From Candidatus Bathyarchaeota archaeon (GTDB lineage: Archaea; Thermoproteota; Bathyarchaeia; 40CM-2-53-6): a stretch of DNA of 64,000 nucleotides. Below are positions 1 to 10,971 of this stretch, piece by piece. Each line of letters opens with the position of its first letter. Within the stretch, counting starts at the first letter, position 1. The stretch is taken from positions 96,001 through 160,000 of the forward strand of contig CAWHWX010000018.1 in NCBI GenBank assembly GCA_963833125.1. Direction: 5' to 3'. Made by a program: the position numbers and the translations under genes. The notes under the pieces were generated by a model. That model worked only from the letters and a program-made list of their open reading frames with translations. It had not been told where the DNA came from and did no database searches.

Positions 1-285
1 GCGGTAAAACTGATTCGTGAGCATGGTAACATTGAGAACCTGAAGACGGCTGATCCCACGATCACAGTTCCTACCGATGCTGCCAGTATCAGGCGGATCT
101 TCCTCGACCCGCCGGTAACCACCAGCTATACACTCAAATGGTCCCCGCTCGACGAACAGAAAGTCGTCGACTTCCTGTGCAAAGAGCGTGACTTTTCCGA
201 AGACCGTGTGCGCAAGGCAGTATCAAAGATGATCGTATCCCAAGCTTCTTCCTCTAAGAAGAGTACACTCGAATCCTACTTCTGA
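1..285 (+). CDS. fen: Flap endonuclease-1, C-terminal part (5'-truncated by window edge)
   Basis: Manual translation of frame 1: AVKLIREHGNIENL...IRRIFLDPPVT...FLCKERDFSEDRVRKA...KKSTLESYF*, ending in a PIP-box typical of archaeal FEN1. Confidence 0.9.
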   Translation, partial: AVKLIREHGNIENLKTADPTITVPTDAASIRRIFLDPPVTTSYTLKWSPLDEQKVVDFLCKERDFSEDRVRKAVSKMIVSQASSSKKSTLESYF

Positions 286-354
286 CAGGTCCAAACGGTC
301 TTCGTTAGGGAGTTGATGATGCAGTTGCCAAGTCAGGGCTTTCAAATTGCATCA

Positions 355-1068
355 CTATTGCCATCCGCGTTTTCCTCTCATAGGCACAAAAGCCACACCT
401 CCAAGATTCTCACGCCTCAAGCCGCCATCAGGCTTTTTTCTCACTCGGAAGAGTTCTTGATAGAATTGGGCTCCGCCGACCGGTATGATCAAGGTCCCAG
501 CTGGGTTGAGTTGACCAGTTAGTTCGACTGGGATTTCCGGAGCAGAACTTGTAACGATGATCAAATCGAATTTTCCATTTTCATTGAGGCCCTCGGACGC
601 ATCCGCGGCAACGAAGGTAACCCTTTCAGAGTATCCTAATCGTTCTACATTCATTCTTCCAAACTCAGCTAACTGCTCTATGATCTCAGCCGACCATACG
701 TGTCCCCAAGCCTTCTTTGGTTGCTCAAGGGGGGCGACAACTTCAGCATATACGCAGCTCATATAGCCGCAACCTCCTCCAACTTCGAGCACTCGCTGGC
801 CGAGTTTCATCTCTCCATACTCGCAGAAAAGAGCCGTCATGTGAAGCGCGCTTGTAGTCTGTCCATAGCCAATCGATATTGGTGAGTCAATGTACGCGTA
901 TGACCTGGCTTCCTGCGGTAGGAACTCTTCGCGAGGAACTTTCTCCATCGCTCGAATTATGTTTCGATCCTTGAGCAGTCCCTCATTCTTGAGCTCTGCG
1001 ACCGCTTGCCTCCTCAACTCTGCGAAGCCCTTCAATTTCCCCTGAACCATAGGCCGAAGATGGGCCAA
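355..1068 (-). CDS. pcm: Protein-L-isoaspartate O-methyltransferase
   Basis: VPREEFLP..AYIDSPISIGYGQT, VLEVGGGCGY SAM motif, QL..GTLIIPVG, VAFVPM. Confidence 0.92.
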   Translation of the reverse strand: MAHLRPMVQGKLKGFAELRRQAVAELKNEGLLKDRNIIRAMEKVPREEFLPQEARSYAYIDSPISIGYGQTTSALHMTALFCEYGEMKLGQRVLEVGGGCGYMSCVYAEVVAPLEQPKKAWGHVWSAEIIEQLAEFGRMNVERLGYSERVTFVAADASEGLNENGKFDLIIVTSSAPEIPVELTGQLNPAGTLIIPVGGAQFYQELFRVRKKPDGGLRRENLGGVAFVPMRGKRGWQ

Positions 1069-1115
1069 TAAACGTTCAAAAGCCTATTTCCAACCAAGGA
1101 AGTCGATCATCAGGG

Positions 1116-1541
1116 TTGCAATTCGTCGAAGATCTATTCGCCCAAGGTCACGCCAACGTACTAGGAACGCATAGAATGACCTTTGAGATAACACGAGAGC
1201 CTGAGTTATCGAGACGCGGGGACTGTGTTATCGCTGTTAACGCGACAAAGGGGCCACGAGAAATGTCGCCTCAATTCAAGAAAGCCTGCACGCGAGAAGG
1301 GTGTAGAATAGTCGTAGAACTGGAGGTTGAAGGCTTATTTGACGTTATTCGAGGCGAAGGGTGTCCGGAGCTTAGCTTTACTCACCCAACCGAAATGGTT
1401 GGGAGGAAGTCCTCGTACACATCGGATAGAACAATAATGGTGAGAGCCGACAAAGCTGCATGTGACCTCGATAGGCGACTGATAAAGGCTTTGAAATCTC
1501 CCGAGACTAGGCTAATCGTCCACATTATCGCTGAGGTCTAG
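1116..1541 (+). CDS. DUF371 family protein
   Basis: GHANVLGTHRMTFEIT, RGDCVIAV, VGRKSSYTSDRT, ADKAACDLDR match the archaeal DUF371 pattern. Confidence 0.85.
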   Translation: MQFVEDLFAQGHANVLGTHRMTFEITREPELSRRGDCVIAVNATKGPREMSPQFKKACTREGCRIVVELEVEGLFDVIRGEGCPELSFTHPTEMVGRKSSYTSDRTIMVRADKAACDLDRRLIKALKSPETRLIVHIIAEV

Positions 1542-1543
1542 CT

Positions 1544-2632
1544 TCAAACAACGGCGGCGTCTATGGCCACCTGGACTCTACCTGGAGCAATCTCCCGGAT
1601 CTGCTCATGAAAATTAAAGGACTTCACTTCTCTCTTCTCAGCCGCGACCGAAGATCGGAATGACTTTGTGATCGAGTCAACGCTCGTATCTCTCTGCGCA
1701 AACTGATAGAAATGTATCAGTCCCCTTCCTTCTTCAAGATTCGAAGGGCTGCATCGATGTAATTCCGTGCTTCGGACGGCAGATTCATGATGACCCTGTC
1801 AGCGATCCCATGCACCTTAGCTTCTGAAAAGTACCTTACGTCTCCCAGCAACGGTGTTACGCGGTCAGCTACGCCATTGGCGAAAACATTCTCTTGGAGA
1901 TATGCGATCGCTGAAGGATTAATGTCAATAGAGTGCACTCTCGAAGAATGCTGGCGTTTGGCGATTAGAACTGAGTAGGGGCCAACCCCCGCGAACATAT
2001 CGACAACAACTTCATTCTCCTTAACCTGTTCCGCTACCCGAAGTCTTTCGTGAGAAAGTCTCGGGTTGAAATACACAGCAGACACGTCGAGATGGTAACT
2101 GCAAGAGAACTCACGGTGAACCGTTTCCATACCACCGGACCCAGCCAAAACCTGCAGATTCCGTGTTCGAAACTTTCCTGTGACATCCCCAAGTTTTTTG
2201 ACGACTAACCGAACGTTGGGATTGAGTTGGAGTATGCCCATACCAATTTCTGTCGCAAATGGTTCTAGCTCAGGGCGGAGATCGATGACTGCTATGTCAC
2301 CGATAACGTCGAAAGCGCGGGAGTATGGAAACAAACTGACTGGGAACTTGGCCAGCTACTGCCTCTTCTAGGTTCTTGGGACGGGAGGTTTTGGGTTCAA
2401 AGGGAACTTGCTGAATCTGAAAGGGGCCTAGCTCTCTCCTCAAAATGTCCTCTTGTTGGTCTGATGGACTGCGAATTAGCGGAATCATAATCATTCCCTG
2501 ATTTTTTCCAAGTTCATACCCATCTACCCCAAGTCCCATGTTCCTCAAGACTCCTAATGCCTTCTGGGCCTTTTGCATGGGCAAAACGAGTCCAGGAAGT
2601 ACTTTCAGCTTGCATCCATCCTGGTGTGTCAC
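1544..2632 (-). CDS. trm5: tRNA (guanine37-N1)-methyltransferase Trm5 family; two frameshifts (~2335, ~1720)
   Basis: FDVIGDIAVI, VYFNPRLSHERLR, VDMFAGVGPY, DRVIMNLP; C-terminus ...QVAIDAAVV* continues in another frame. Confidence 0.85.
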
Positions 2633-2707
2633 TCGCCCTCGAATACCTGAAACAATCCTAAATACCCAAATGATGCTTTAATCAAAAGTCCGGTTGGGAT
2701 TTTAGGT

Positions 2708-3049
2708 TTGGTGCAATGGAAGCGAAGGGAAGAAGTGGTTGGCAAAGAAGTAATTGACGCTGATGCCAAGAAATTGGGCGTGACCAAGGACCTAGCTTGG
2801 TCCGACGACGGAAGAATGGCGTTGGTAATAGAATTTGGTGATGAAGACGAATTTTTCTTGTCATTCAATGAAATCGAAAGGATTGGCGATGTCGTCTTTG
2901 TGAAAGCCAAGTCTGCGTTGACCGCTGCCCCCTCAATAACCTGCCCAGTATGCAAACACAAGAATCTCTTGGAGGCAAAGTTTTGCGCGAAATGTGGTCG
3001 GACGTTGGAAGTGAAGGAAAAGAAGCGCTCGCAAGGTCAAATGCCTTAG
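2708..3049 (+). CDS. PRC-barrel domain protein with C-terminal zinc ribbon
   Basis: VVGKEVIDADAKKLGVTKDL...IERIGDVVFV (PRC barrel), then CPVCKHKN..AKFCAKCG. Confidence 0.8.
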   Translation: MVQWKRREEVVGKEVIDADAKKLGVTKDLAWSDDGRMALVIEFGDEDEFFLSFNEIERIGDVVFVKAKSALTAAPSITCPVCKHKNLLEAKFCAKCGRTLEVKEKKRSQGQMP

Positions 3050-3203
3050 ATTCTAGCAATTTGCGTGGATGGAAGTGGAGATGGGGCTTGTAATCGTTTG
3101 TGTCAGGATAGTATGCTTCAAGCTCGCTAGCTGACATGGTTTGCTGTATAATTAGCTAAAACCGCTTTTATTCCGACCGTATGATGCCCTGCGAGTGCAG
3201 TAG

Positions 3204-6076
3204 ATGTCGTTATCGATGTCAAGGATTTCTAGGAGGACCCTCGGTCTAGTCGCCTTAATCACAGGTTTGATCATACTCTCAACCATCGCTTCTATGTTTC
3301 TAACTCCTGCTGCAGCTGCAGTTGCACCTGCATCACCATCCAACATCCACACCGAAGCGGTGACTTCGATTAAGAAATTCGCTCTCAGTGAATGGACTGT
3401 TCCAACCTCAGCCTCTCAACCCTATGGTATAGGAGTGGACACAAATGGGCGAGTATGGTTTACGGAGAATGCGACTAACAAGCTTGCTAGATTTGACCCC
3501 ACAGACAACAACTTCACTGAATGGAACATTACGACGCCAAACAGTCAACCGCACAATGTATTCGTGAAATTGGTTAAGCTTACGAATACCTCAGTAACTC
3601 AAATATTCTTCACCGAATTTGGCGCGAACAAGATTGCCCGATTTGATTCCTCCACAAACAACCTTACGGAATGGACCCTTCCCGTTGGAAGCAATCCTGC
3701 GGGGATTTACGTGGACAACAACAACGACATCTGGTTCGCAGAGTCCGGTCGAGATATCATCGCACGCCTGACCCCAAGCACGAGTCATCTCACGGAGTGG
3801 GCACTTCCGGGCGCCACCTCAACACCTGGGACTCCGTTATTGAAGCCCTGGGGTATCTACGTTCAAGTTGTCACTACACCGTCCTATAGCAACCGATTCG
3901 TCTGGTTTACGGAGACCCTTGGAAACCAGATAGGACGGATAGAGGTCACAAGCAATCGACTGACTACCTGGGCTCTAACTGGTCTGGGGCATCAACCCAC
4001 GGATCTCGCTATAGCAGTATATCAAACTCTACCGGTTGCGATATTCACCGACGCTAACAACTTTATCTCTGTTCTTGGGAACGATACTGGCGGCGGCTCG
4101 GAGTATTATGAGACCGCCGGGGGACTGCCTTCGCTGAATGCAGGCCCGATGGGGGTCGCGTATGATTCTCCGCGGAACGCTGCTTGGTTTGCTGAGAACA
4201 ATGTTGGAAATATTGCCAACCTCAACGTGAGTATAGCCAGCATATTTGCTGGGCAGCTCTTCACCCCAACTTATTGTACCATCGCACCGCAAGCAGGGTC
4301 CCCAAGCTGCACTGCTCCCTCAGCAATGGCGTCGAGCAATGTTACTCAGTCCATGAATAGGCTGGTCGGGGTGTCGAAAATCCAAAGCCCCGCTACAACA
4401 ACCGTCGGCATTCATCAGGGGCCTATCGACGGAGTCACGGAATACAGCCTCCCTACCAACACTTCAAGGCCGGCCTATGTCGCTATAGATACGCAAGGTA
4501 ATGTTTGGTTTACCGAGAACAACGCTACGGCTAACAGAATAGGCCGTTTTGGTGTTCCATACGTCTTTCAACTAGCAGCAACTCCAAGCCTGCAGACCAT
4601 AAACCCCGGAAATTCAACTACCTTCGCTTTGAACGTCAGTCTCTCAAGTGGTTTGCGCAACCTCTTCAACTCAGCCTCCTTAACACACCTACAGGCGTAA
4701 CAGCCGTTTTCACTCCGCAGTCGCAAAACCCGCCATTTACTTCAACACTCACATTCACTACGACAAATTCAACTCCTACTGGGACCTTTCCGATGACCGT
4801 TGGGGCAAGCAGTGGAGGTCAGGTTCAAACTGCACTAATCACGCTCAGGATTCAAGCAGTTGTGCCGCCGCCCCCGCCGTCTTTCGACTATAGTGTCGGT
4901 GTTACGGGACCGACAACCGCGACTGTGACTCAGGGCGGTTCAGCCTCATTTGGACTAGCAATAACTCTCCTGAGTGGCAATCCTCAGGCCGTGAATCTCA
5001 CTGCTTCGGGATTTCCGTCCGGTGTTAGTTACTCCTTCACCAACCCCGGAGGACAGCCATCCTTCACCTCAACGATCAACGTGTTTACAACTGTGAATAC
5101 TCCCGGAGGAACTTACCCGATCACCATCACTGGAAAGACGAGCGCCGGTCTAACACACACCGCAACTCCGGGGCCGGTGTTAACGATAATCGAACTTCCA
5201 CGTGACTTCAACATCACCGCGCCCGTTACTCAGCTTGTTCTCGTTCAGAGTTCGAGAACCTCAACGACGATAACCCTCCAATCAATTGGTTACTTCAACG
5301 GCAACGTCACTTTGAGCGGTACATTCTCACCATCCTCTGGGCTCCAGGTGACCTTCACACCAACCGCCATTCCCCTACAACCAAATGGTGGTATTGCGCA
5401 GGACTCGATGGTAATAACCGCGCCCAAGAATACGGTGGGGACTTACCAGCTTACCGTAACAGGAGCAAGCACTACTCCATCGCGTACTCATCAACTGGTG
5501 ATAAGCGTCCAGGTCTCCCCATGCCTCATCGCAACGGCAACTTACGGATCAGAACTTGCACCACAGGTACAATTCCTTAGAGACTTCCGCGACCAACAAA
5601 TCATGAACACCTTCGCAGGATCAACCTTCATGGCAGCTTTCAACACATGGTACTATTCCTTCAGCCCCACCATAGCCAAGTATGAATCTACAAGCCCCAG
5701 CTCAAGAGCGGTTGCCAAAGCGGTACTCTATCCGTTGATTGGAATACTGCAAATCTCATCATCCACCTTCAGACTATTCGGCTTCGCACCGGAATTCGCG
5801 GCGTTGGTCAGTGGTTTGTTGGCAGGTTCCTTAATCGGCCTCGCGTACTTCGCATTCCCAGCTTTCTGTACACTTTGGCTACTGAAGCGAAGACTTAGCA
5901 CAGAAGCGAAGGGCAGAGTTATCAAAGTAATGATCCTAGGGTTTGTCACACTGCTGTTCACTTTCGTGATTTCCGAAGCCTTTGCGTTGCCTGTGTCGAT
6001 GATGATTTCCAGCGCGGGTCTCGTGCTTGCGGCCCTACTGGCAGGGAGTCTCTTCTCCCTGCTCTCGCTGCTATAG
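3204..6076 (+). CDS. Large cell-surface protein: Vgb-like beta-propeller, Ig-like repeats, CFI-box-CTERM domain and TM helices; frameshift ~4660 joins ORFs 3204-4700 and 4793-6076
   Basis: Signal peptide; repeated P-x-GI-x-VD-xx-G-x-VWFTE motifs; GTYPITITG Ig-like motifs; CLIATATYGSELAPQVQFLRDFRD...FNTWYYSFSP. Confidence 0.8.
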
Positions 6077-6095
6077 AATACATTAAACAAAGAGC

Positions 6096-7353
6096 CTAAG
6101 CGTTCACACCAGTCATGTGCAGCGACTTTCTTGCCTCTTGAAGCACACGAACTGAAACTTCGCGTACCGGAAGAGAGAGTGTTCGGGCGATCGAATCCAA
6201 ATCCTCGAACTCAGGTTTCATTCCAAGAACCTCTCCCGATTTGTCCCTCGCGATCTTTATTCTCACATTAAACATCTTATCGGCCAACCGTACTTGGATG
6301 GTTACTATTTCCCTCTCACGAATGAATCGATTCCATTGCTGATGCCTGACGCCAAGCGTGCCTGTTTCCGTCATGATAATCTCGGTGATTTTCTTCAAAT
6401 CGTTCGGGCTACAGAGCGCGTGTAATACGTAGCCTGGGCGGTTTTTCTTGAATTGAGCCGAAGTGACCCATGCATCTTTTGCTCCGGATTCGAGAATGCG
6501 TTGCAACGTACTGCCAACTATTTCTCCGGACACATCATCCAGATTGGTCTCGAGTACTTCAACTTGGTCGGATTCAAGGCTCTGTTCTTCGCTTTGGCCA
6601 ATGACAACCGCGGAGCATGTTTGGGGAGGACGCTAATTCTTTCTGTCCTGCACCATACCCTACTCGTTCAGGAATCATTGAAGGAGATCGTTCAAGGAAA
6701 CTGTCTGTCAGGTTGGCGAGCATGGAAATGCCGGTTGGAGTGGTCAATTCCTCATTCGCCGGGCCGCCCACTATCGGGACGTGATACCTACGTACAACTT
6801 CGAGTACCGCTGGTGCTGGGACTGACACTGTCCCGTGTGAGAAAGTGACCGAACCGCCGCCGACGGCAACAGGGGACGAGTAAATCTTTCCTTCGAAAAC
6901 ATTCAACGAATCACATGCGGTCGCCGTGCCGAATATGTCAGCGAGTGTATCAGCCGAGCCTGCTTCGTGTAGATGTACCTTCGAGATCTCGTCACCGTGA
7001 AGTTTGCTCTCAACCTCGGTCAGGGTTCTAATGGAATTCTTTGCGAATGATATCGCGTTTTTGCTGAGTTTCGAAGAATTCGCGATTGCGTCAGTTGCGC
7101 GGACAAGTTCCTGTGCCATGGTTTCGTCAGGTTGCTCAGCAATCGTTAATTCCGCACGGCACGCTCGGAAACCGTGTTTCTTCACTTCCTTCGCGTCAAG
7201 TTTGATTGATTTGCACCGCGGGAAATATCTCGGTATCAGATCCAGCGTCCGCTGAATCGATTCGAGTTTTGCGCCGGCATCGATCAGAGCGCCCAGCAAC
7301 ATATCGCCTGATATGCCCGCTGTCTGCGCGTCGATGAACGCGATTGTTGTCAA
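6096..7353 (-). CDS. larC: Nickel-pincer cofactor nickel insertase LarC; frameshift ~6610
   Basis: AGISGDMLLGALID, HLHEAGSADTLADI, HGTVSVPAPAV, ELTTPTG, GYGAG; C-part KKNRPG, ETGTLGVR, KPEFED. Confidence 0.9.
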
Positions 7354-7439
7354 GGTTACGGTTGTCCAATCAACAGGTTTGATGTGTTCAGGTTTTTCGT
7401 AAATGAGTTGTCTGATCGGTTGATTCGTGCTTTCGATAG

Positions 7440-7823
7440 CTAGGCGCGGTGAGCAATGACGTCAATCTCGATGAGCATGTTTGGAAGGGGCAAATTAGCT
7501 TGTACTGTTGTTCTGCTGGGCGGGTTTTGCTCGAAAAATGATTTGTAAACTTCATTCATGTTCTTGAAATCGCTCATATCCTTCAGAAAGATTGATGCTT
7601 TTACTACATCGACCATTGATAGGCCTGAGGCTTCCAGTATGTTCCGCACATTTGTAAGTGTCTGTTTCGTTTGAGTTTCGATGTCCGACCCGACTATTTT
7701 TCCAGATCCTGGATCGATTGCACCCTGTCCAGATACGAAAAGGAAGCCATCGACCATGGTTGCCTGAGAGTATGGGCCAATGGGTTGAGGGGCCTTTTGT
7801 GTTCTGATGATTTGTTTGTCCAT
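7440..7823 (-). CDS. ridA: RidA/YjgF family imine deaminase
   Basis: APQPIGPYSQA, FVSGQ, MNEVYKSFF..PPSRTTV, IEIDVIA. Confidence 0.92.
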   Translation of the reverse strand: MDKQIIRTQKAPQPIGPYSQATMVDGFLFVSGQGAIDPGSGKIVGSDIETQTKQTLTNVRNILEASGLSMVDVVKASIFLKDMSDFKNMNEVYKSFFEQNPPSRTTVQANLPLPNMLIEIDVIAHRA

Positions 7824-7846
7824 TGTATGTTCACACGATGAATTGT

Positions 7847-8125
7847 TTAGCTTGCAGATTTTAGATTAAACGGCCTGCCGTCTTCAAGCGTTTTCTGGGG
7901 AATTTGGCTTTTCCATTTTTGCAGGAACGGTACATCTTCATTCTGCTCTCTCAGCTCGTCCGGTAGCATGTGTGGTATTTCATCAATGATTGGGTACCAG
8001 CGGTTGCATTTGGGACAGGTGATCATTCCAGCGTTGACTTCTTCCTTTTCTTCGAATACAAGCAATTCGAGAGGATAGAACTTGTCAATCGGGCAGGCCA
8101 GTATGTCCATTAACTTCCGCTTCAA
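7847..8125 (-). CDS. Trm112-like methyltransferase activator
   Basis: LMDILACPIDK...CPKCNRWYPIIDEIPHMLP. Confidence 0.88.
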   Translation of the reverse strand: MKRKLMDILACPIDKFYPLELLVFEEKEEVNAGMITCPKCNRWYPIIDEIPHMLPDELREQNEDVPFLQKWKSQIPQKTLEDGRPFNLKSAS

Positions 8126-8192
8126 TACTCAACCAACCAGGCAGTTAGAGTCAACTATCCACTGAAATATACCACTTTCTAGGTCGAAAGGG

Positions 8193-8561
8193 ATGCAACC
8201 CTTGGCTACATCAGATTCCATGCAAGAATTCAGGGCTAGAGTAGTGCATTTAATCGTCGATGGTAGTCCGGAGCGTGCGTTGCGGTTACTCGCCAAATAT
8301 TATGAAGTAAGCGAGCCTACTCTTCGTGTGGGGACCGTTAAGCGCCATCGCAAGGTTTTGGCTTGCTACGTTGAGAAGGAACGTAGAATTTACTTGTCAA
8401 ACAGTAGTTTCGTGACGAACCCGTTTGTTATCTTGCATGAATTCTACCATCACCTGAGAGCCTCGAACCAGGGAAGGAGCAGGCAGGTTGAGAAGCGAGC
8501 CGATTTATTCGCTTGGAGCTTCATCCGGGATTTTAGAGCCGATGGCAGCAATTTTACGTGA
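8193..8561 (+). CDS. Small zincin-like (HExxH) protein
   Basis: VILHEFYHH followed by E..AD.FA. Confidence 0.6.
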   Translation: MQPLATSDSMQEFRARVVHLIVDGSPERALRLLAKYYEVSEPTLRVGTVKRHRKVLACYVEKERRIYLSNSSFVTNPFVILHEFYHHLRASNQGRSRQVEKRADLFAWSFIRDFRADGSNFT

Positions 8562-9522
8562 CGGAAGATATAGGCATTGGTATCGTTTGTCCGGATGATC
8601 CGGCTTTCAGAACAACCTCGCATATCTCCACCGCCCTCAGGCCGTCTTCCCCGTTAACCATGAATGGTTTGTTGTTGAGGATAGAGTCAGCGAAATGTGC
8701 AAGTTCTATTCGTAAGGGCTCTTGTTTCTCCAGGTTTGGTTTAATTGATCTCTCGGCATCTTCAATAGAGATTTCTTGCGATAGATAATCGAGCTGAACT
8801 GTGGCATCACTTCCCGTAACGATCAGTGTTCTAGTCTTTCTTGGGGTTAACCAGTTTGCATCGATGAAAGCTGTCCCGCCGTTTTTGAATTCGAGCATAA
8901 TTTCGGCGTAATCTTCTTTGGTGTGACGCACGCTGCCCGTTTTGGCGTGGACAGATCTAGCTTCGTCTCCAAATATGTAGCGTGCCAAGTCGATGTCATG
9001 AATGGCGGTGTCCCGAACGACGCCAACATCTCCGATTCTTTCAGGCCACCTACCAACGCGTCTTGCGTGAAAGAGGGTTACGGTTCCTAGTTTGTGTTCG
9101 TCGAGGAGTGATTTTAGGTAGACGACGGGCGGATTGAATCGCTCAATGTGACCCGGCATCAATCTGAGGCCACTTTGAGAAGCCAGTGTAATTAGCTCGC
9201 GAGCTTCAGATACCGTATTTGTCATTGGTTTTTCAACCATAGTGTGTTTCCCTGCGAGCAGCGCCTGGGTAGCGATTTTCTTATGGGTTATTGTGGGTGT
9301 GCAGATAGTTACGGCGTCAATATCGGTGCGCGAGAGCGTCTCATCGAGATTCGTAGAGTAGGGTACATGAAATTCGGAGGCGACTGCTTGTGCTCTCCGC
9401 TCATCGACATCGCAGATGCACATGAGCTGTGTCTGGTCGAGTTGGGATAGCACCCGAGCCTGATTCTTTCCCCAAAAACCGGTACCAATTACTGCGCTAC
9501 GGAGTTTCTTCACCGCGTCCAT
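8554..9522 (-). CDS. Gfo/Idh/MocA oxidoreductase (probable UDP-sugar 3-dehydrogenase)
   Basis: VIGTGFWG, VEKPM, GHIERFNP, D.AIHDID; adjacent to nucleotide-sugar dehydrogenase. Confidence 0.85.
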   Translation of the reverse strand: MDAVKKLRSAVIGTGFWGKNQARVLSQLDQTQLMCICDVDERRAQAVASEFHVPYSTNLDETLSRTDIDAVTICTPTITHKKIATQALLAGKHTMVEKPMTNTVSEARELITLASQSGLRLMPGHIERFNPPVVYLKSLLDEHKLGTVTLFHARRVGRWPERIGDVGVVRDTAIHDIDLARYIFGDEARSVHAKTGSVRHTKEDYAEIMLEFKNGGTAFIDANWLTPRKTRTLIVTGSDATVQLDYLSQEISIEDAERSIKPNLEKQEPLRIELAHFADSILNNKPFMVNGEDGLRAVEICEVVLKAGSSGQTIPMPISSVT

Positions 9523-10907
9523 AGCCCCCTGCCAACCCCCCGGTACACTAGTCCACTTTTCTCCACGCTAGCCGGGTCAAGAAGTCCGGTGCAGTCTACA
9601 ATCAGTCCTTTCTTAGACATGTGTGCTGCAAGTTCAATAGTATCCATTTTCTTGAATTCGTCATGCGCCACGGTAACGATTACGCAGTCTGCCTTCTCAA
9701 CCGCCTTCCGCAGAGTCGGCTCAGAGGTTAAGCCGTAAGAATCCATCTCTGTCGCGGTAAATAGGGGGTCGTATGCAACTACTCGCGCTCCGCGTTTCTT
9801 CAATGTAGCAATCAGGTCAAGCGAAGGGGAGAAGCGGGTCTCTTTCACGTTCGGGCGATAGCTGATTCCCAGAACGACAACTTTGGCTCGTTTGAGTGAT
9901 CGCCCGCAGACACGTATCCCATCTGAAGCTAACTTGACAACGTGTCGAGGCATCAGATCGTTGATCTTTCGCCCATCGAGAACGAGTCTAAGTTTCGCAT
10001 CGAGTGTGTAAGTTTCACTGTGCAGCAGGTAAGGGTAGACAGGTAAACAATGGCCGCCAACGCCTACTCCAGTGGAGTGAAGGTGGGAGTATGGTTGACT
10101 GTTGGCTGCTCTCATTGTCTCCGGGTAGTCTACGCCTACTTCTTCGCAGAGCAATGCAAACTCGTTGGCGAGTGCAATATTCACGTCTCGGTATATGGTT
10201 TCGAAGAGCTTCGATAGTTCAGCCGTCCTAAAGTCCCGGACACGCAAGAGTTCCCCTTTCACGATGACGGAAATGGCTGCGCATCCAGCCTCGAGGCTTC
10301 TCTTATCCACCGCCCCTACGATTTTGCTGTAGGCTTGCATATCCTGAAGTGCTCTACCGCCCATTGCCCTAATCGGACTGTAAACCAGTCCGAACCCTTG
10401 CCCTGCGGTAAGGCCTGAATATTTTTCGAGCGTTCCCTTCACGACACGTTCGGTGACCCCAGGCCCACAAGTACTTTGGAAAATGACTAAGCTACCGTTC
10501 TTCAAACCTTTGCCAATACTTACGCATGCATCTTCAACGGCAGAATAGTCTGCCCTCTTCTGCCGATCAATCATGGTCGGGACTACGATGAAGATTATGT
10601 CGGAATTAGCAGCTGCCTCCTCGGTATTTGTGGTGGCCGAGAACTTGTTGGACCTGATTGCTTTCTTCAGCATAGCAGGGAGGCCTGGTTCATCGATCGG
10701 GGGATCACCCTTAGTGATCCTTTCAACAACCTTCGGATTCATGTCAGCCGCAATAACCCGTGCTCCAGCATCAGCATAGAGGCATGCGGTAGGTAAGCCC
10801 ATCCAACCCAAGCCTACCACCCCGATTGTGAGGTCGCCATCACGGATTCTGACTGCTATCTCGCCGGGTTCCAGTGAGAGTGGTCCTTGCGGATTTGTTG
10901 AGGACAT
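9510..10907 (-). CDS. Nucleotide-sugar 6-dehydrogenase (UDP-GlcNAc/ManNAc dehydrogenase family)
   Basis: VVGLGWMGLP, KLFETIYRDVNIALANE, GVGGHCLP, LGISYRPNVKETRFSP; start set at MSSTNPQ. Confidence 0.88.
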   Translation of the reverse strand: MSSTNPQGPLSLEPGEIAVRIRDGDLTIGVVGLGWMGLPTACLYADAGARVIAADMNPKVVERITKGDPPIDEPGLPAMLKKAIRSNKFSATTNTEEAAANSDIIFIVVPTMIDRQKRADYSAVEDACVSIGKGLKNGSLVIFQSTCGPGVTERVVKGTLEKYSGLTAGQGFGLVYSPIRAMGGRALQDMQAYSKIVGAVDKRSLEAGCAAISVIVKGELLRVRDFRTAELSKLFETIYRDVNIALANEFALLCEEVGVDYPETMRAANSQPYSHLHSTGVGVGGHCLPVYPYLLHSETYTLDAKLRLVLDGRKINDLMPRHVVKLASDGIRVCGRSLKRAKVVVLGISYRPNVKETRFSPSLDLIATLKKRGARVVAYDPLFTATEMDSYGLTSEPTLRKAVEKADCVIVTVAHDEFKKMDTIELAAHMSKKGLIVDCTGLLDPASVEKSGLVYRGVGRGLWTR

Positions 10908-10951
10908 CGAAATATCTTGGGTACGACGTCGAGAGAAATATTTAACTGTTT

Positions 10952-10970
10952 TTAACTCTACAAGAGTTAA
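10952..10970. promoter_or_regulatory. Perfect 8-bp inverted repeat TTAACTCT-ACA-AGAGTTAA in a divergent promoter; candidate TrmB-type operator
   Basis: Read directly; sits 1 nt before the TrmB start codon, in the 64-bp gap between divergent genes. Confidence 0.55.
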
Positions 10971-10971
10971 C

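Noticed and set aside
6574-6620. larC split near the place where some bacterial larC genes have a programmed frameshift
   Set aside because: No slippery sequence is visible; removing one G (CGCGGTT to CGCGTT) restores NMLRVVIG, and similar indels occur throughout the window
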